DNA of 48,799 bases from Kiritimatiellia bacterium (lineage in GTDB: Bacteria > Verrucomicrobiota > Kiritimatiellia > RFP12 > UBA1067). How positions within the stretch are numbered: position 1 is the stretch's first letter; the number at the start of each line of letters is the position of its first letter. The stretch is taken from assembly GCA_016302985.1 (NCBI GenBank), contig JAEDMN010000002.1:1-48799 (forward strand), given 5' to 3'. This document shows positions 8,239 to 16,612 of this stretch, in pieces. The position numbers were made by a program, and so were the translations under genes. Under the pieces are notes generated by a model that worked only from the letters and a program-made list of their open reading frames with translations, was not told the origin of the DNA and did not search any database.

Positions 8239-8661
8239 ATGCGGAAAATCACCATGCAGTACCGGGTGCCGTACGCGGACACCGACCAGATGGGCGTCGT
8301 CTACTACGGCAACTACCTGACCATCTTCGAGCGCGCGCGCAATGAGCTGATGCGCGCGTGCGGCTACACCTACCGCCAGTGCGAGGCCGAGGGCTGGATG
8401 CTGCCCGTCGTGCACGCGGAGGTCAACTACCGCCGTCCGGCGCGCTACGACGACCTGCTCGAGGTCTCGGCGTGGTGCCAGTCCCACAAGGGCGTGCGCC
8501 TCGAGATCGCCTGCGAGGTGCGGGTGAACGGGGAGCTGCTGGTGGACGGTTTCACGCGCCACTGCTTCGTCTCGACGGAGACGTTCCACCCGATGCCGCC
8601 GCCGGAGAAGTTCATCTCCATCCTGGATTCCGAAGCGGATGCCGGGGCGGAGGCCGAATGA
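8239..8661 (+). CDS. Acyl-CoA thioesterase, YbgC/4HBT hotdog family
   Basis: MRKITMQYRVPYADTDQMGVVYYGNYLTIFERAR is the typical 4HBT N-terminus with the catalytic Asp. The stop overlaps the trmB start (ATGA). Confidence 0.8.
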   Translation: MRKITMQYRVPYADTDQMGVVYYGNYLTIFERARNELMRACGYTYRQCEAEGWMLPVVHAEVNYRRPARYDDLLEVSAWCQSHKGVRLEIACEVRVNGELLVDGFTRHCFVSTETFHPMPPPEKFISILDSEADAGAEAE

Positions 8662-9377
8662 TCGTCCGCGTCAAGAGCCCCTGTCCGCCGCTGGAATGCC
8701 CGTCGATCTACGATCTCTCGCGGCCCCTCGAAGTCGAGGTCGGCTGCGGGCGCGGCCGCTTCCTCACGGGCCGCGCGGCGCGCAATCCCGACTGCGAGTT
8801 CCTCGGCATCGAGCGCATGCTCGAGCGCGTGCACGTGTTCGACGGGAAGTGCCGGCGCCTGGGCCTGGCGAACGCGCACGTCGTCCGCAACGAGGCGCTC
8901 TACACCTTCCACTACCTGCTGCCCGAGCACCACGCGCGCACGGTGTACGTCTTCTTCCCCGACCCCTGGCCGAAGAAGAAGCACCATTCGCACCGCCTGT
9001 TCGGCCCGCTCTTCCTCAACGCGCTCTGGAAGCGCCTGGAGGTCGGCGGCCGCCTGGAGTTCGCGACGGACCACGAGGAGTACTTCCACACGGTCGAGGA
9101 GCACTTCGCGGGCGATGCCCGCTTCGCGCGCGTCGAGCCGATGGTCCGCGGCCCCGAGGAGTGGACCGAGTTCGAGACGCTGTTCCGCGGACAGGGCCTG
9201 CCCATCCACGCGGCGGCCTGGAAGTCGCTGCCGGTGGCGGACGAACGGCCGCTCGCGCCGCTGACGGTCGCGCCCGAGGACGAGCCGCGCGAGGGCATCG
9301 TGCGCCGCGTGAGCCGCGGAAAGGAATGGAGAGAGGAGCAGCGGTATGCTGACTGTGACGAAGAGCGTCAAGTTTGA
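8658..9377 (+). CDS. trmB: tRNA (guanine46-N7)-methyltransferase
   Basis: EVGCGRGRF SAM motif and the FFPDPWPKKKHHSHR signature block. ATGA coupling to the upstream gene. Confidence 0.9.
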   Translation: MIVRVKSPCPPLECPSIYDLSRPLEVEVGCGRGRFLTGRAARNPDCEFLGIERMLERVHVFDGKCRRLGLANAHVVRNEALYTFHYLLPEHHARTVYVFFPDPWPKKKHHSHRLFGPLFLNALWKRLEVGGRLEFATDHEEYFHTVEEHFAGDARFARVEPMVRGPEEWTEFETLFRGQGLPIHAAAWKSLPVADERPLAPLTVAPEDEPREGIVRRVSRGKEWREEQRYADCDEERQV

Positions 9378-9759
9378 CGCGGCGCATGTGCTGACCAACC
9401 ACCAGGGCCTCTGCAAGAACCTGCACGGCCACACGTACCGCGTGGAGGCGAGCGTGACGCAGGCGCCGGGCGACGAGTCCGACATGGTGATCGACTTCAA
9501 GGACCTCAAGCGCACGTGCGAGGAGGTCATCCTCTCCCGCTTCGACCACGCGTTCATCTACGACAGCTCCTCCGCGGGCGAAAGCGAGATCGCGGCGGTC
9601 GTGGTCAAGAACGGCATGCGCGCGGTGGCGATTCCGTTCCGTTCGACGGCGGAGAACCTCGCCCGCCACTTCTTCGGCGAGCTGAAGGCCCGGATCCCCG
9701 GCCTCTGCCGCGTCCGGGTGTGGGAGACGCCGGATTCCTGCGCGGAGTACGCGGAATGA
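9346..9759 (+). CDS. queD: 6-carboxy-5,6,7,8-tetrahydropterin synthase
   Basis: KFDAAHVL...LCKNLHGHTY (Cys plus His-x-His zinc motif). GAGAGGAG SD 8 nt upstream. 137 aa. Confidence 0.9.
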   Translation: MLTVTKSVKFDAAHVLTNHQGLCKNLHGHTYRVEASVTQAPGDESDMVIDFKDLKRTCEEVILSRFDHAFIYDSSSAGESEIAAVVVKNGMRAVAIPFRSTAENLARHFFGELKARIPGLCRVRVWETPDSCAEYAE

Positions 9760-10385
9760 GCGGGCGCTTCAGGCTGCACGCGATCTTCTCCTCGCTCCAG
9801 GGGGAAGGGCGCAACGTGGGGCGCCCCGCGACGTTCATCCGCTTCTCGACCTGCAATCTCGCCTGTTCCTGGTGCGACACGCACAAGCGCGAGAAGATGC
9901 AGCTCTCCTCCGCGGAGATCCTCAAGGAGGTCCAGCGGCTCGGCAACCGCAGCGTGATCGTGACGGGCGGTGAACCGACGATCCAGCCCGACATCGACGA
10001 GATGCTCCTCACCCTGCGCGCCGCGGGCTGCTGGATCGCCCTCGAGACGAACGGCGTGGTCGCGCCCACGCGTCCCGACCTCTACGACTACATCGCGGTC
10101 TCGCCGAAGCCGCAGTACCTCTCGCGCTACCAGGAGTCGCTGATGCTGCACCGGGCGGACGAGATGCGCATCGTCGCGACGACGGACGAGATCGTGGCGT
10201 TCTGCCGCACGATGCGCGGCCGGATCCAGGCGGACAACTACTACATCTCCCCGCTGGAGGAGTCCGGCCGCATCCACTACCGCCGGGCGCTGAACCTGCT
10301 CGTGAAGCTGAACAAGACCTCGCCGGACCTCATGCCGCCCTGGTCGCTTTCGATCCAGATGCACAAGGTCATCGGCATCCGCTGA
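9756..10385 (+). CDS. queE: 7-carboxy-7-deazaguanine synthase (radical SAM)
   Basis: FSSLQGEGRNVGRPATFIRFSTCNLACSWCDT (CX3CX2C-type cluster motif). ATGA overlap with queD. Confidence 0.9.
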   Translation: MSGRFRLHAIFSSLQGEGRNVGRPATFIRFSTCNLACSWCDTHKREKMQLSSAEILKEVQRLGNRSVIVTGGEPTIQPDIDEMLLTLRAAGCWIALETNGVVAPTRPDLYDYIAVSPKPQYLSRYQESLMLHRADEMRIVATTDEIVAFCRTMRGRIQADNYYISPLEESGRIHYRRALNLLVKLNKTSPDLMPPWSLSIQMHKVIGIR

Positions 10386-10404
10386 CGCCGTCCCGCGGCG
10401 CCCC

Positions 10405-10452
10405 GTGGGGGGCGGTGGGGGACCGGTGGGGCCCCCGTGGGGGGCGGTGGGG
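10405..10452 (+). repeat. Five phased GTGGGG direct repeats (10-11 bp register); candidate MraZ boxes or G-quadruplex motif
   Basis: GTGGGG starts at 10405, 10415, 10426, 10437 and 10447. A sixth copy lies at 10623-10628, inside the mraZ promoter spacer. Confidence 0.6.
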
Positions 10453-10521
10453 AATTCCGCCGCCTGGGCGCGTGCTCCGGGGCGCCGGGCCTGAAAAAAC
10501 AAGACCTCCGACAAAAATGGC

Positions 10522-10563
10522 AATATCGCCGAAACGCATTGCGTTTCGGCGATATTTCTGTTT
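10522..10563 (+). terminator. Long palindromic hairpin terminator after queE
   Basis: AATATCGCCGAAACGCA (10522-10538), T, TGCGTTTCGGCGATATT (10540-10556), followed by TCTGTTT. An A-run upstream makes bidirectional function possible. Confidence 0.75.
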
Positions 10564-10579
10564 GGTTCACCGGTTCACC
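10564..10579 (+). repeat. Tandem GGTTCACC GGTTCACC upstream of the dcw promoter
   Basis: Two exact adjacent 8-mers about 35 nt upstream of the -35 element. Confidence 0.5.
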
Positions 10580-10593
10580 GAGCTGACATTCCC

Positions 10594-10642
10594 AATTTTT
10601 TTCAAATTCGCATTGACTTGCGGTGGGGGGAAATGTTTAAAT
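10594..10642 (+). promoter_or_regulatory. dcw (mraZ) promoter: A/T-rich UP-like tract, -35 TTGACT, 18-nt spacer, extended -10 TGtTTAAAT
   Basis: AATTTTTTTCAAATT (10594-10608), TTGACT (10613-10618), TGTTTAAAT (10634-10642). This is the only promoter in the window with a clear -35. Confidence 0.6.
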
Positions 10643-10652
10643 GTGTCAGCGA

Positions 10653-11129
10653 ATGTCAGAACAGGTCACCCAGATTGCCGAGAGAGCGAGAAAGCGCCCC
10701 ACCGCGTTGATGGGGGTGCATACCCGCAATCTCGACCCGAAGAAACGCCTGACCGTGCCCAGCATGTGGCGCGAGGCGCTGGGGGGCGACTATGTCTACG
10801 TGATGAAGGACCCGAATCTCCACTGCCTGCGCCTGATCCCGCCGCGGATCATGGACGCCCGCATCGAGGAGCTTGAACGCATCAGCCTGGTCGACGCGAA
10901 CGCGAACGACCAGCTCGAGTACATCGGCGCGAACTCCGACGCGCTCGAGTTCGACGTGCAGGGACGTATCCGCATCAACGACGAGATGCTGGCGTTCGCG
11001 GGGTTGAAGGGCGCGGTGGAGCTGCGCGGCGGCATCCGGTCGGCGACGATCCGGGCGGTCGGCGCGGCGCCGGCCGCGGAAACGGACGTGGCGGCGCTGC
11101 GCGACGCGATGGTCCAGATGCATTTCTAA
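10653..11129 (+). CDS. mraZ: Transcriptional regulator MraZ
   Basis: Two DxxxR-type halves: LDPKKRLTVP and FDVQGRIRIN. It is the first gene of the dcw cluster. Start is uncertain: ATG 10641 lies inside the -10, ATG 10653 is 10 nt after it, and ATG 10710 (MGVHTRNLDPKKRL) gives the canonical length. Confidence 0.85.
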   Translation: MSEQVTQIAERARKRPTALMGVHTRNLDPKKRLTVPSMWREALGGDYVYVMKDPNLHCLRLIPPRIMDARIEELERISLVDANANDQLEYIGANSDALEFDVQGRIRINDEMLAFAGLKGAVELRGGIRSATIRAVGAAPAAETDVAALRDAMVQMHF

Positions 11130-11141
11130 GGGGGCGGGCAG

Positions 11142-12068
11142 ATGCAGAAACACATACCCGTCCTCCTCGAACCGACTGTCGACGCGCTGGCCGTCAAGCC
11201 CGGCGGCGTCTATGTCGACGGCACGCTGGGCCGTGCGGGCCATGCCGGCGAGGTCCTTGCCCGCGCAGGCGCGGGCGCGACGCTGGTCGGCATCGACCGC
11301 GACCCGCAGGCGCTGGCGGAGAGCACGGAGCGGCTGTCCCGCTTCGCGGATGCGAAGGTGTTTCTTGTGCATGGACGGCACGGTGACCTGGCCGGGCTCG
11401 TCCGCGGGAAAGGCATTGGTGAAGTCGATGGGATTGTTCTTGATCTGGGCGTTTCAAGCCCTCAGCTCGACGAGGCGGGGCGCGGGTTCAGCTTCCGCGC
11501 CGACGGACCTCTTGACATGCGGATGGACCAGACACGGGGCCTGACGGCCGCCGACCTGGTCGCCTCGCGCAGCGAGGAGGAGCTGACGGACATTTTCCGC
11601 CGTCTGGGCGAGGAGCCCAGCGCGCGGCGCATCGCCCGCGCCATCGTGCGCGCGCGGGAGCGGTCCCCGCTGGCGACGACGTCCCAGCTGGCGGACCTGG
11701 TGGAGCAGACGGTCGGGCGCCGCGGGGCGCACCATCCGGCGACGCGCGTCTTCCAGGCGCTGCGGATGGAGGTGAACGACGAGATGGGCGAGCTGGAACG
11801 GGCGCTCGAAGGGGGGCTGGGACTGCTGAAGTCCGGCGGCCGCTTCGCGGTGATCACGTTCGAGAGCCTGACGGACCGGGTCGTGAAGAGATTCTTCGCC
11901 GCGCATGCGGGGAAGATGGTTTCGCTCCAGCAGGGCGGGGAGCGGTGGGAGGGCGAGCTCCCGCGTGTCCGCCTGGTGACGCGGCGCGCGGTCACCGCGA
12001 CGGACGAGGAACTGGCTTTGAATCCAAGGTCGCGGAGCGCCAAGCTCCGCACGGTAGAAAGGATCTGA
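11142..12068 (+). CDS. rsmH: 16S rRNA (cytosine1402-N4)-methyltransferase
   Basis: HIPVLL...GGVYVDGTLGRAGH...DLGVSSPQLD...GFSFR...HPATRVFQALR. Position after mraZ. Confidence 0.95.
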   Translation: MQKHIPVLLEPTVDALAVKPGGVYVDGTLGRAGHAGEVLARAGAGATLVGIDRDPQALAESTERLSRFADAKVFLVHGRHGDLAGLVRGKGIGEVDGIVLDLGVSSPQLDEAGRGFSFRADGPLDMRMDQTRGLTAADLVASRSEEELTDIFRRLGEEPSARRIARAIVRARERSPLATTSQLADLVEQTVGRRGAHHPATRVFQALRMEVNDEMGELERALEGGLGLLKSGGRFAVITFESLTDRVVKRFFAAHAGKMVSLQQGGERWEGELPRVRLVTRRAVTATDEELALNPRSRSAKLRTVERI

Positions 12069-12069
12069 C

Positions 12070-12549
12070 ATGCGGCGCAACAGGAAAATCAAGAAGGACA
12101 GCATCTTCAGGACCGGGTCCATGAGCTTCGCCGGCTTGGCGGTGACCGTCTTCGTCATGCTGATGGTCTACTGGACGATGGCCTCGAACTGCTCGTCGAT
12201 CTCCCGCGATATCGGCAATCTGGAGAAGAAGCTCAAGGCGTGCGAGGACGAGTGCGAACGCGAGGCGGCTCGCTGGTCCAAGATGAAGACCCGCGATCAG
12301 CTGGACGAGAAGCTCAGCCGCTTCGGGATCCAGATGGGGTACCCGCGTCCCGACCAGGTGGTGAAGATGACCCTGGACGGCATTCCCGCGCCGAAGCAGC
12401 TTTCCGTGGCGCGTCTGCGGGCGCGCAACCAGTCGAACGAGTCCGTTGCGATGCTGTCGGCGCCCATGGCTCCGAAGACCGCCGCCCGCCCGGCGCTTCC
12501 CTCCTCCGCCACGTCCGCGCTGAAGATCCGCCGCAAGGTTCGTCGCTGA
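12070..12549 (+). CDS. ftsL: FtsL-like cell division protein (single TM helix + coiled coil)
   Basis: Position between rsmH and ftsI. TM helix FAGLAVTVFVMLMVYW followed by a coiled-coil-like stretch, IGNLEKKLKACEDECEREAARW. Assigned by position and architecture only. Confidence 0.6.
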   Translation: MRRNRKIKKDSIFRTGSMSFAGLAVTVFVMLMVYWTMASNCSSISRDIGNLEKKLKACEDECEREAARWSKMKTRDQLDEKLSRFGIQMGYPRPDQVVKMTLDGIPAPKQLSVARLRARNQSNESVAMLSAPMAPKTAARPALPSSATSALKIRRKVRR

Positions 12550-12559
12550 AGGAGGTCCT

Positions 12560-14386
12560 TTGGATTCCTGGAACGAGCGACTGCGCTTCGGCGTGCCGGT
12601 TTTAGTGTTGGGGCTGGGCGTGGTGCGTGTCGCCGTGGCCCTCGTGCGTCTCCACCTGGGACTCACGGAGAAGCAGCCGAAGACGCCCGCGTACGAATTC
12701 TCGCGCACGACGTTGGGCCAGCGCGGCACGATCTACTCGTCCGGCGGGCAGCCCTACGCCAAGTCGTCCACGGTGTGGGAGTACCGTCTGGACGCGCTGC
12801 GCGCGACGCGCGATCCAATCCAGGACAGCAAGCCGATCAGCGCGAAGCAGCGCCGGACGAACATGGAGCTGGTCTCCCGCGCCCTCGGGATTCCGCTCGT
12901 CAAGGTGATGGACGCCTATGCGCGGACGAAGAAACGCTACCAGCTGCTGGCCGTGAGCGACAGCCAGGAGGTGCACGACCTGATCGCGACGAACCACCTC
13001 AGCGAAATCAAGATCACCGGCAAGCAGAAGCGCCTCTATCCGCAGGGACGCCAGCTTTCGCATGTCGTCGGCTTCGTGAACCACGATCCCGCGAACACCG
13101 TGGGAGGGGCCGGCATCGAGCAGCGCTACGAGAAGTATCTCAAGGGCATGCCGGGGCAGATCCACGGCGAGAAGGACGCCTCCGGACGCGAAAGGCGCGA
13201 GTACCGCGATGTCGACGTCGATGCGGTCCCGGGCTGCGATATCTACCTCACGATCGACCACAACATCCAGTACGAGGTGGAGAAGGCCCTGCGCGAGGGC
13301 CTGGAGCGCCACCGCGCCAAGGCCGTCTGGGCGATCGTCCTCTCGGTGAAGACGGGTGCCGTGCTGGCGATGGCCTCCATCCCCGACTACGAGCCCGTGA
13401 ACTTCAACGATGTCAAGGATGATCTCAGGAAGAACCTGGCAATCTCGGTGAACTATGAACCCGGAAGCGTCATGAAGGTCATCACGGCCTGCGCCGTGCT
13501 CAACGAGGGGCGCCACGGTCCCGAGTCGCGCATCAACACGGCGTGGAAAGACCCCAACTACTACAGGTTGCCGACCGACCTGGGCCACAAGTGGGAGGAG
13601 ACGATGACCGTGCGCGAGGCGGTCGTGCACTCCTCCAACATCGTCTTCGGGAAACTGGGCTACGACCTCGGTCCCACGCTGCTGGCCTCGTACATGTCCG
13701 CGTTCGGACTGGGCAAACTGACCGGCATCGAGCTTCCGGGCGAGGAACGGGGCATCCTGCCCAATCCGAAGGACTGGGATCAGCTGAAGTGGTCGCGCGC
13801 CCCGATCGGGCAGGGCGTCTCCGTGACGGCCATCCAGATGGCGGCGGCCTACGCGGCCATCGGCAACGGCGGCACGCTCCTGCGCCCGTACATCGTCGAC
13901 CGGATCGTCCAGGCGGACGGCACCGTCGTCTTCCAGCACAAGCCGGAGGTGGTCGGCCAGCCGGTCACGCCGTCCGTCGCGCGCAACGTGCTGGACATGA
14001 TGGTCGGCGTGACGCAGAAGGGCGGCACGGCCCGCCGCGCCGCGGTGCGCGGGTATTCGGTGGCGGGCAAGACGGGCACGGCGCAGATCCCGGCAAAAGG
14101 CACCTACTCGAACAACGACTACAATGCGTCCTTCATCGGCGTGGTCCCCGCGTCGAACCCCGAGATCGTCGTGCTTGTGACATACCACCACCCGTTCTAC
14201 TGCCGGACGAAGAAAACGTCCGAGGCCATGGGCGTTCCGATCTACAACCACCAGGGCGGCCTCTGCGCCGCGCCGACCTTCCGGGACATCGCGTCCGTTG
14301 TCCTGCGCTACCTCCAGGTCGCGCCGGACCTCCCCGACGAGGTTCCCGACGAGTTCCCCGACGAGGACGAGGAGGAGGATCGCTGA
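12560..14386 (+). CDS. ftsI: Class B penicillin-binding protein (peptidoglycan D,D-transpeptidase FtsI)
   Basis: TTG start 5 nt after GGAGG. N-terminal TM helix. Motifs: SVMK (SxxK), HSSN (SxN), KTGTA (KTG). Acidic tail PDEVPDEFPDEDEEEDR. Confidence 0.9.
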   Translation: MDSWNERLRFGVPVLVLGLGVVRVAVALVRLHLGLTEKQPKTPAYEFSRTTLGQRGTIYSSGGQPYAKSSTVWEYRLDALRATRDPIQDSKPISAKQRRTNMELVSRALGIPLVKVMDAYARTKKRYQLLAVSDSQEVHDLIATNHLSEIKITGKQKRLYPQGRQLSHVVGFVNHDPANTVGGAGIEQRYEKYLKGMPGQIHGEKDASGRERREYRDVDVDAVPGCDIYLTIDHNIQYEVEKALREGLERHRAKAVWAIVLSVKTGAVLAMASIPDYEPVNFNDVKDDLRKNLAISVNYEPGSVMKVITACAVLNEGRHGPESRINTAWKDPNYYRLPTDLGHKWEETMTVREAVVHSSNIVFGKLGYDLGPTLLASYMSAFGLGKLTGIELPGEERGILPNPKDWDQLKWSRAPIGQGVSVTAIQMAAAYAAIGNGGTLLRPYIVDRIVQADGTVVFQHKPEVVGQPVTPSVARNVLDMMVGVTQKGGTARRAAVRGYSVAGKTGTAQIPAKGTYSNNDYNASFIGVVPASNPEIVVLVTYHHPFYCRTKKTSEAMGVPIYNHQGGLCAAPTFRDIASVVLRYLQVAPDLPDEVPDEFPDEDEEEDR

Positions 14387-14387
14387 G

Positions 14388-15488
14388 ATGCGCATCTATG
14401 GCATCACCGGGACGAACGGGAAGACGACGACGACGTGGATCCTGCGCGAGTTCCTCGGCGGGGGCGGGCTCGTCACCACGGTCGAGGTGGACACCGGCAC
14501 GCGGCGCTTCTCCTCCGGCTACACCACGCCGCCGCTGAAGGCCTTGAAGGAGATCTTCGCGGAGATGGAGGCGAACGGCCTCCGGGACTGCGTGATGGAG
14601 GTGTCGAGCCACGCGATTCACCAGCGGCGCACGGGCGACACCGTCTTCGCGGGGTGCGGGTTCACGAACCTCACCGAGGACCATCTCGACTACCACAAGA
14701 CGATGGAGGCCTACTTCGAGGCGAAGTCCCTCCTGTTCACGCGGCTCGCCGCGTCCAATCCCGGCGCGCCGGCCGCGATCTGCGTCGACGGCCCCTACGG
14801 CCGTCGCCTGTTCGAGATGTGCCGAGCGCTCCCGCTGCGGACGATCCCCTGCGGCTTCGACGCGCCGCCGCCGTTCAACGCGTCCTTCTTCGATCCCGCG
14901 GACTGCCCGCTGGTCGGGCGCTACAACGTGCAGAACGTGCTGCTGGCGGCGGCGCTTGCACATGGCGCGGGCGTCCCCCTGGACGCCATCCGCGCGAAGA
15001 TCCCGACCCTGACGCCCCGGTGGGGCCGTCTCGAGCGGGTCTCCACGCAGTCCGCGGCGGAGGTCTTCGTGGACTACGCGCACACCGACGACGCGCTGGC
15101 GAACGTGCTGTCCACGGTGAAGGCGTTCGCGAAGGGGAAGGTCTGGGCTGTCTTCGGGGCGGGTGGCGACCGCGACCGCGCCAAGCGGCCGCTCATGGGC
15201 GCCGCGGCCGCGCGCTGCGCGGACCGGCTGGTCGTCACGAGCGACAATCCGCGCAGCGAGGACCCGGCCTCGATCATCGCGCAGATCGTCGCGGGCATCC
15301 CCGCGGGGACCGACGTGCAGGTGGAGCCGGACCGCCGCCGGGCGATCTTCCTCGCCCTGGGGCAGGCCGCGCCGGGCGACGTGGTCGTCGTCTGCGGCAA
15401 GGGGCACGAGACCACGCAGACGATCGGCGACCAGGTCGTCCATTTCGACGACCGCGAGACCTGTGCGGCGTACGCGCCCGGGGCGTAG
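14388..15488 (+). CDS. murE: UDP-MurNAc-tripeptide synthetase (MurE-type Mur ligase) lacking the N-terminal domain
   Basis: Starts MRIYGITGTNGKTTTT (P-loop at residue 5). Also DHLDYH, VDYAHTDDAL, GAGGDRDRAKRPLMG and the DNPRSEDP (DNPR) motif. Only 366 aa. ftsI ends 2 nt upstream, so there is no room for domain 1. Confidence 0.85.
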   Translation: MRIYGITGTNGKTTTTWILREFLGGGGLVTTVEVDTGTRRFSSGYTTPPLKALKEIFAEMEANGLRDCVMEVSSHAIHQRRTGDTVFAGCGFTNLTEDHLDYHKTMEAYFEAKSLLFTRLAASNPGAPAAICVDGPYGRRLFEMCRALPLRTIPCGFDAPPPFNASFFDPADCPLVGRYNVQNVLLAAALAHGAGVPLDAIRAKIPTLTPRWGRLERVSTQSAAEVFVDYAHTDDALANVLSTVKAFAKGKVWAVFGAGGDRDRAKRPLMGAAAARCADRLVVTSDNPRSEDPASIIAQIVAGIPAGTDVQVEPDRRRAIFLALGQAAPGDVVVVCGKGHETTQTIGDQVVHFDDRETCAAYAPGA

Positions 15489-15499
15489 GAGGGCGGTGG

Positions 15500-15934
15500 A
15501 TGCGTTTTGCGGTGCAGAGCGTCCTTTCAAGCGCGGCCCTGGCCGCGGCGCTGTTGCTGTGCGGTTGCCAGACGACGCCGTGGGTTCGCGGCACCGTGGC
15601 CGACGGCCGTCCGAAGCTGTCGCGGAAATTCCCGCTGGACGTCGCCTTCTTCGTCGACAGGACGGAACGGCGCGTGAAGGCCGCCTTTGAGGAGGCCCTC
15701 CGGGCGCGCGGTTTCACCGTGGTGGACAAGGAGGAGGCGTGCGACGTCGTCGTCCGGGCCAGGGTCTCGTCCTGGGAAGTCAACGACGCGGGATTCGCCG
15801 GATTCGGTCCGCGGGACGACATGGAGCTTTCCATCTCGCTCGTCGACCGCCGTCATCGACGGATCCTGGCACGCGCGAACGTCTCGGTCCGCTCCGATTT
15901 CCGAATCATCTCGAAATACGTGGAGACCCTCTGA
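15500..15934 (+). CDS. Lipoprotein of unknown function
   Basis: GGAGGG SD. Signal peptide plus lipobox AALLLCGC. 144 aa. I do not recognise a family motif. Confidence 0.7.
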   Translation: MRFAVQSVLSSAALAAALLLCGCQTTPWVRGTVADGRPKLSRKFPLDVAFFVDRTERRVKAAFEEALRARGFTVVDKEEACDVVVRARVSSWEVNDAGFAGFGPRDDMELSISLVDRRHRRILARANVSVRSDFRIISKYVETL

Positions 15935-16611
15935 TGACGGCTGCAGGATTCCGTTTCGAACAGGTTGCCGTCTGGCGGGCCTCGGCCGAGGCGCCGCGGC
16001 CGGACGTGTCCTTCGTGCCCCCGTTGGAGCGGCGCCGCCTGACGGGCGTCGAACGCGCCGCCCTGTCCGTGGCGTGGCGTGTGAAGGCCGAAGGGGAGGC
16101 CCCGGTCGTCTTCGCGTCCCGCTGGGGCGAGATCGGCGTCACCGCGAAGCTGATGCGCCAGTTCCACGAGGACCGCGAGATGTCCCCCGCGGGCTTCTCC
16201 GCCTCCGTCCACAACGCGGCCCCCGGCGCGTTTTCACTTCTGACTCGCAACCACGCGCCCTACACGGCCGTCGCCGCGCGGGACCGTTCCCTGGAATGCG
16301 GCCTGCTCGAGGCCCTTGCGCTGCGTCGGAAGGCCGTGTTCGTCTATGCGGAGGAGGCGACGCCCGAACTCTACGCGCCGACCTTCGACGACCTGCAGGC
16401 CGGCTGTGCGGTGGCGGTGCGGCTGGCGCCGGCGGACGGCGGCTCCCCCTCGCGCACCGGGGACCGGTGCGCCCCCGGAACCGGCGGGGCCGTGCGCGCC
16501 GTCTTCCGGCATGCGGACCTGCCGGCGGCGTCCTTCGACGCGTTCGTGGACTTCCTGGAAGGGCGCGCGCCCGTGTTCGCGACGGCGGACTTCGAACTGG
16601 CGCGGGGGTGA
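15934..16611 (+). CDS. Beta-ketoacyl-synthase N-terminal-domain protein (chain-length-factor-like, PF13723-type)
   Basis: TGATG overlap with the upstream gene. Motifs: RRRLTGVERAAL, VFASRWGEIGVT, SPAGFSASVHNAAPGAFSL. This is the signature I associate with CLF-like proteins of aryl-polyene-type lipid clusters. Confidence 0.7.
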   Translation: MTAAGFRFEQVAVWRASAEAPRPDVSFVPPLERRRLTGVERAALSVAWRVKAEGEAPVVFASRWGEIGVTAKLMRQFHEDREMSPAGFSASVHNAAPGAFSLLTRNHAPYTAVAARDRSLECGLLEALALRRKAVFVYAEEATPELYAPTFDDLQAGCAVAVRLAPADGGSPSRTGDRCAPGTGGAVRAVFRHADLPAASFDAFVDFLEGRAPVFATADFELARG

Positions 16612-16612
16612 G

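Noticed and set aside
9300-9346. Possible preQ1 riboswitch ahead of queD/queE.
   Set aside because: queD starts inside the 3' end of trmB with a normal SD. There is no free leader in which a riboswitch could fold.
10641-10652. ATG 10641 as the mraZ start (the ORF-track start).
   Set aside because: It lies inside the predicted -10 hexamer, so it would not be on the transcript. ATG 10653 or ATG 10710 are more plausible.
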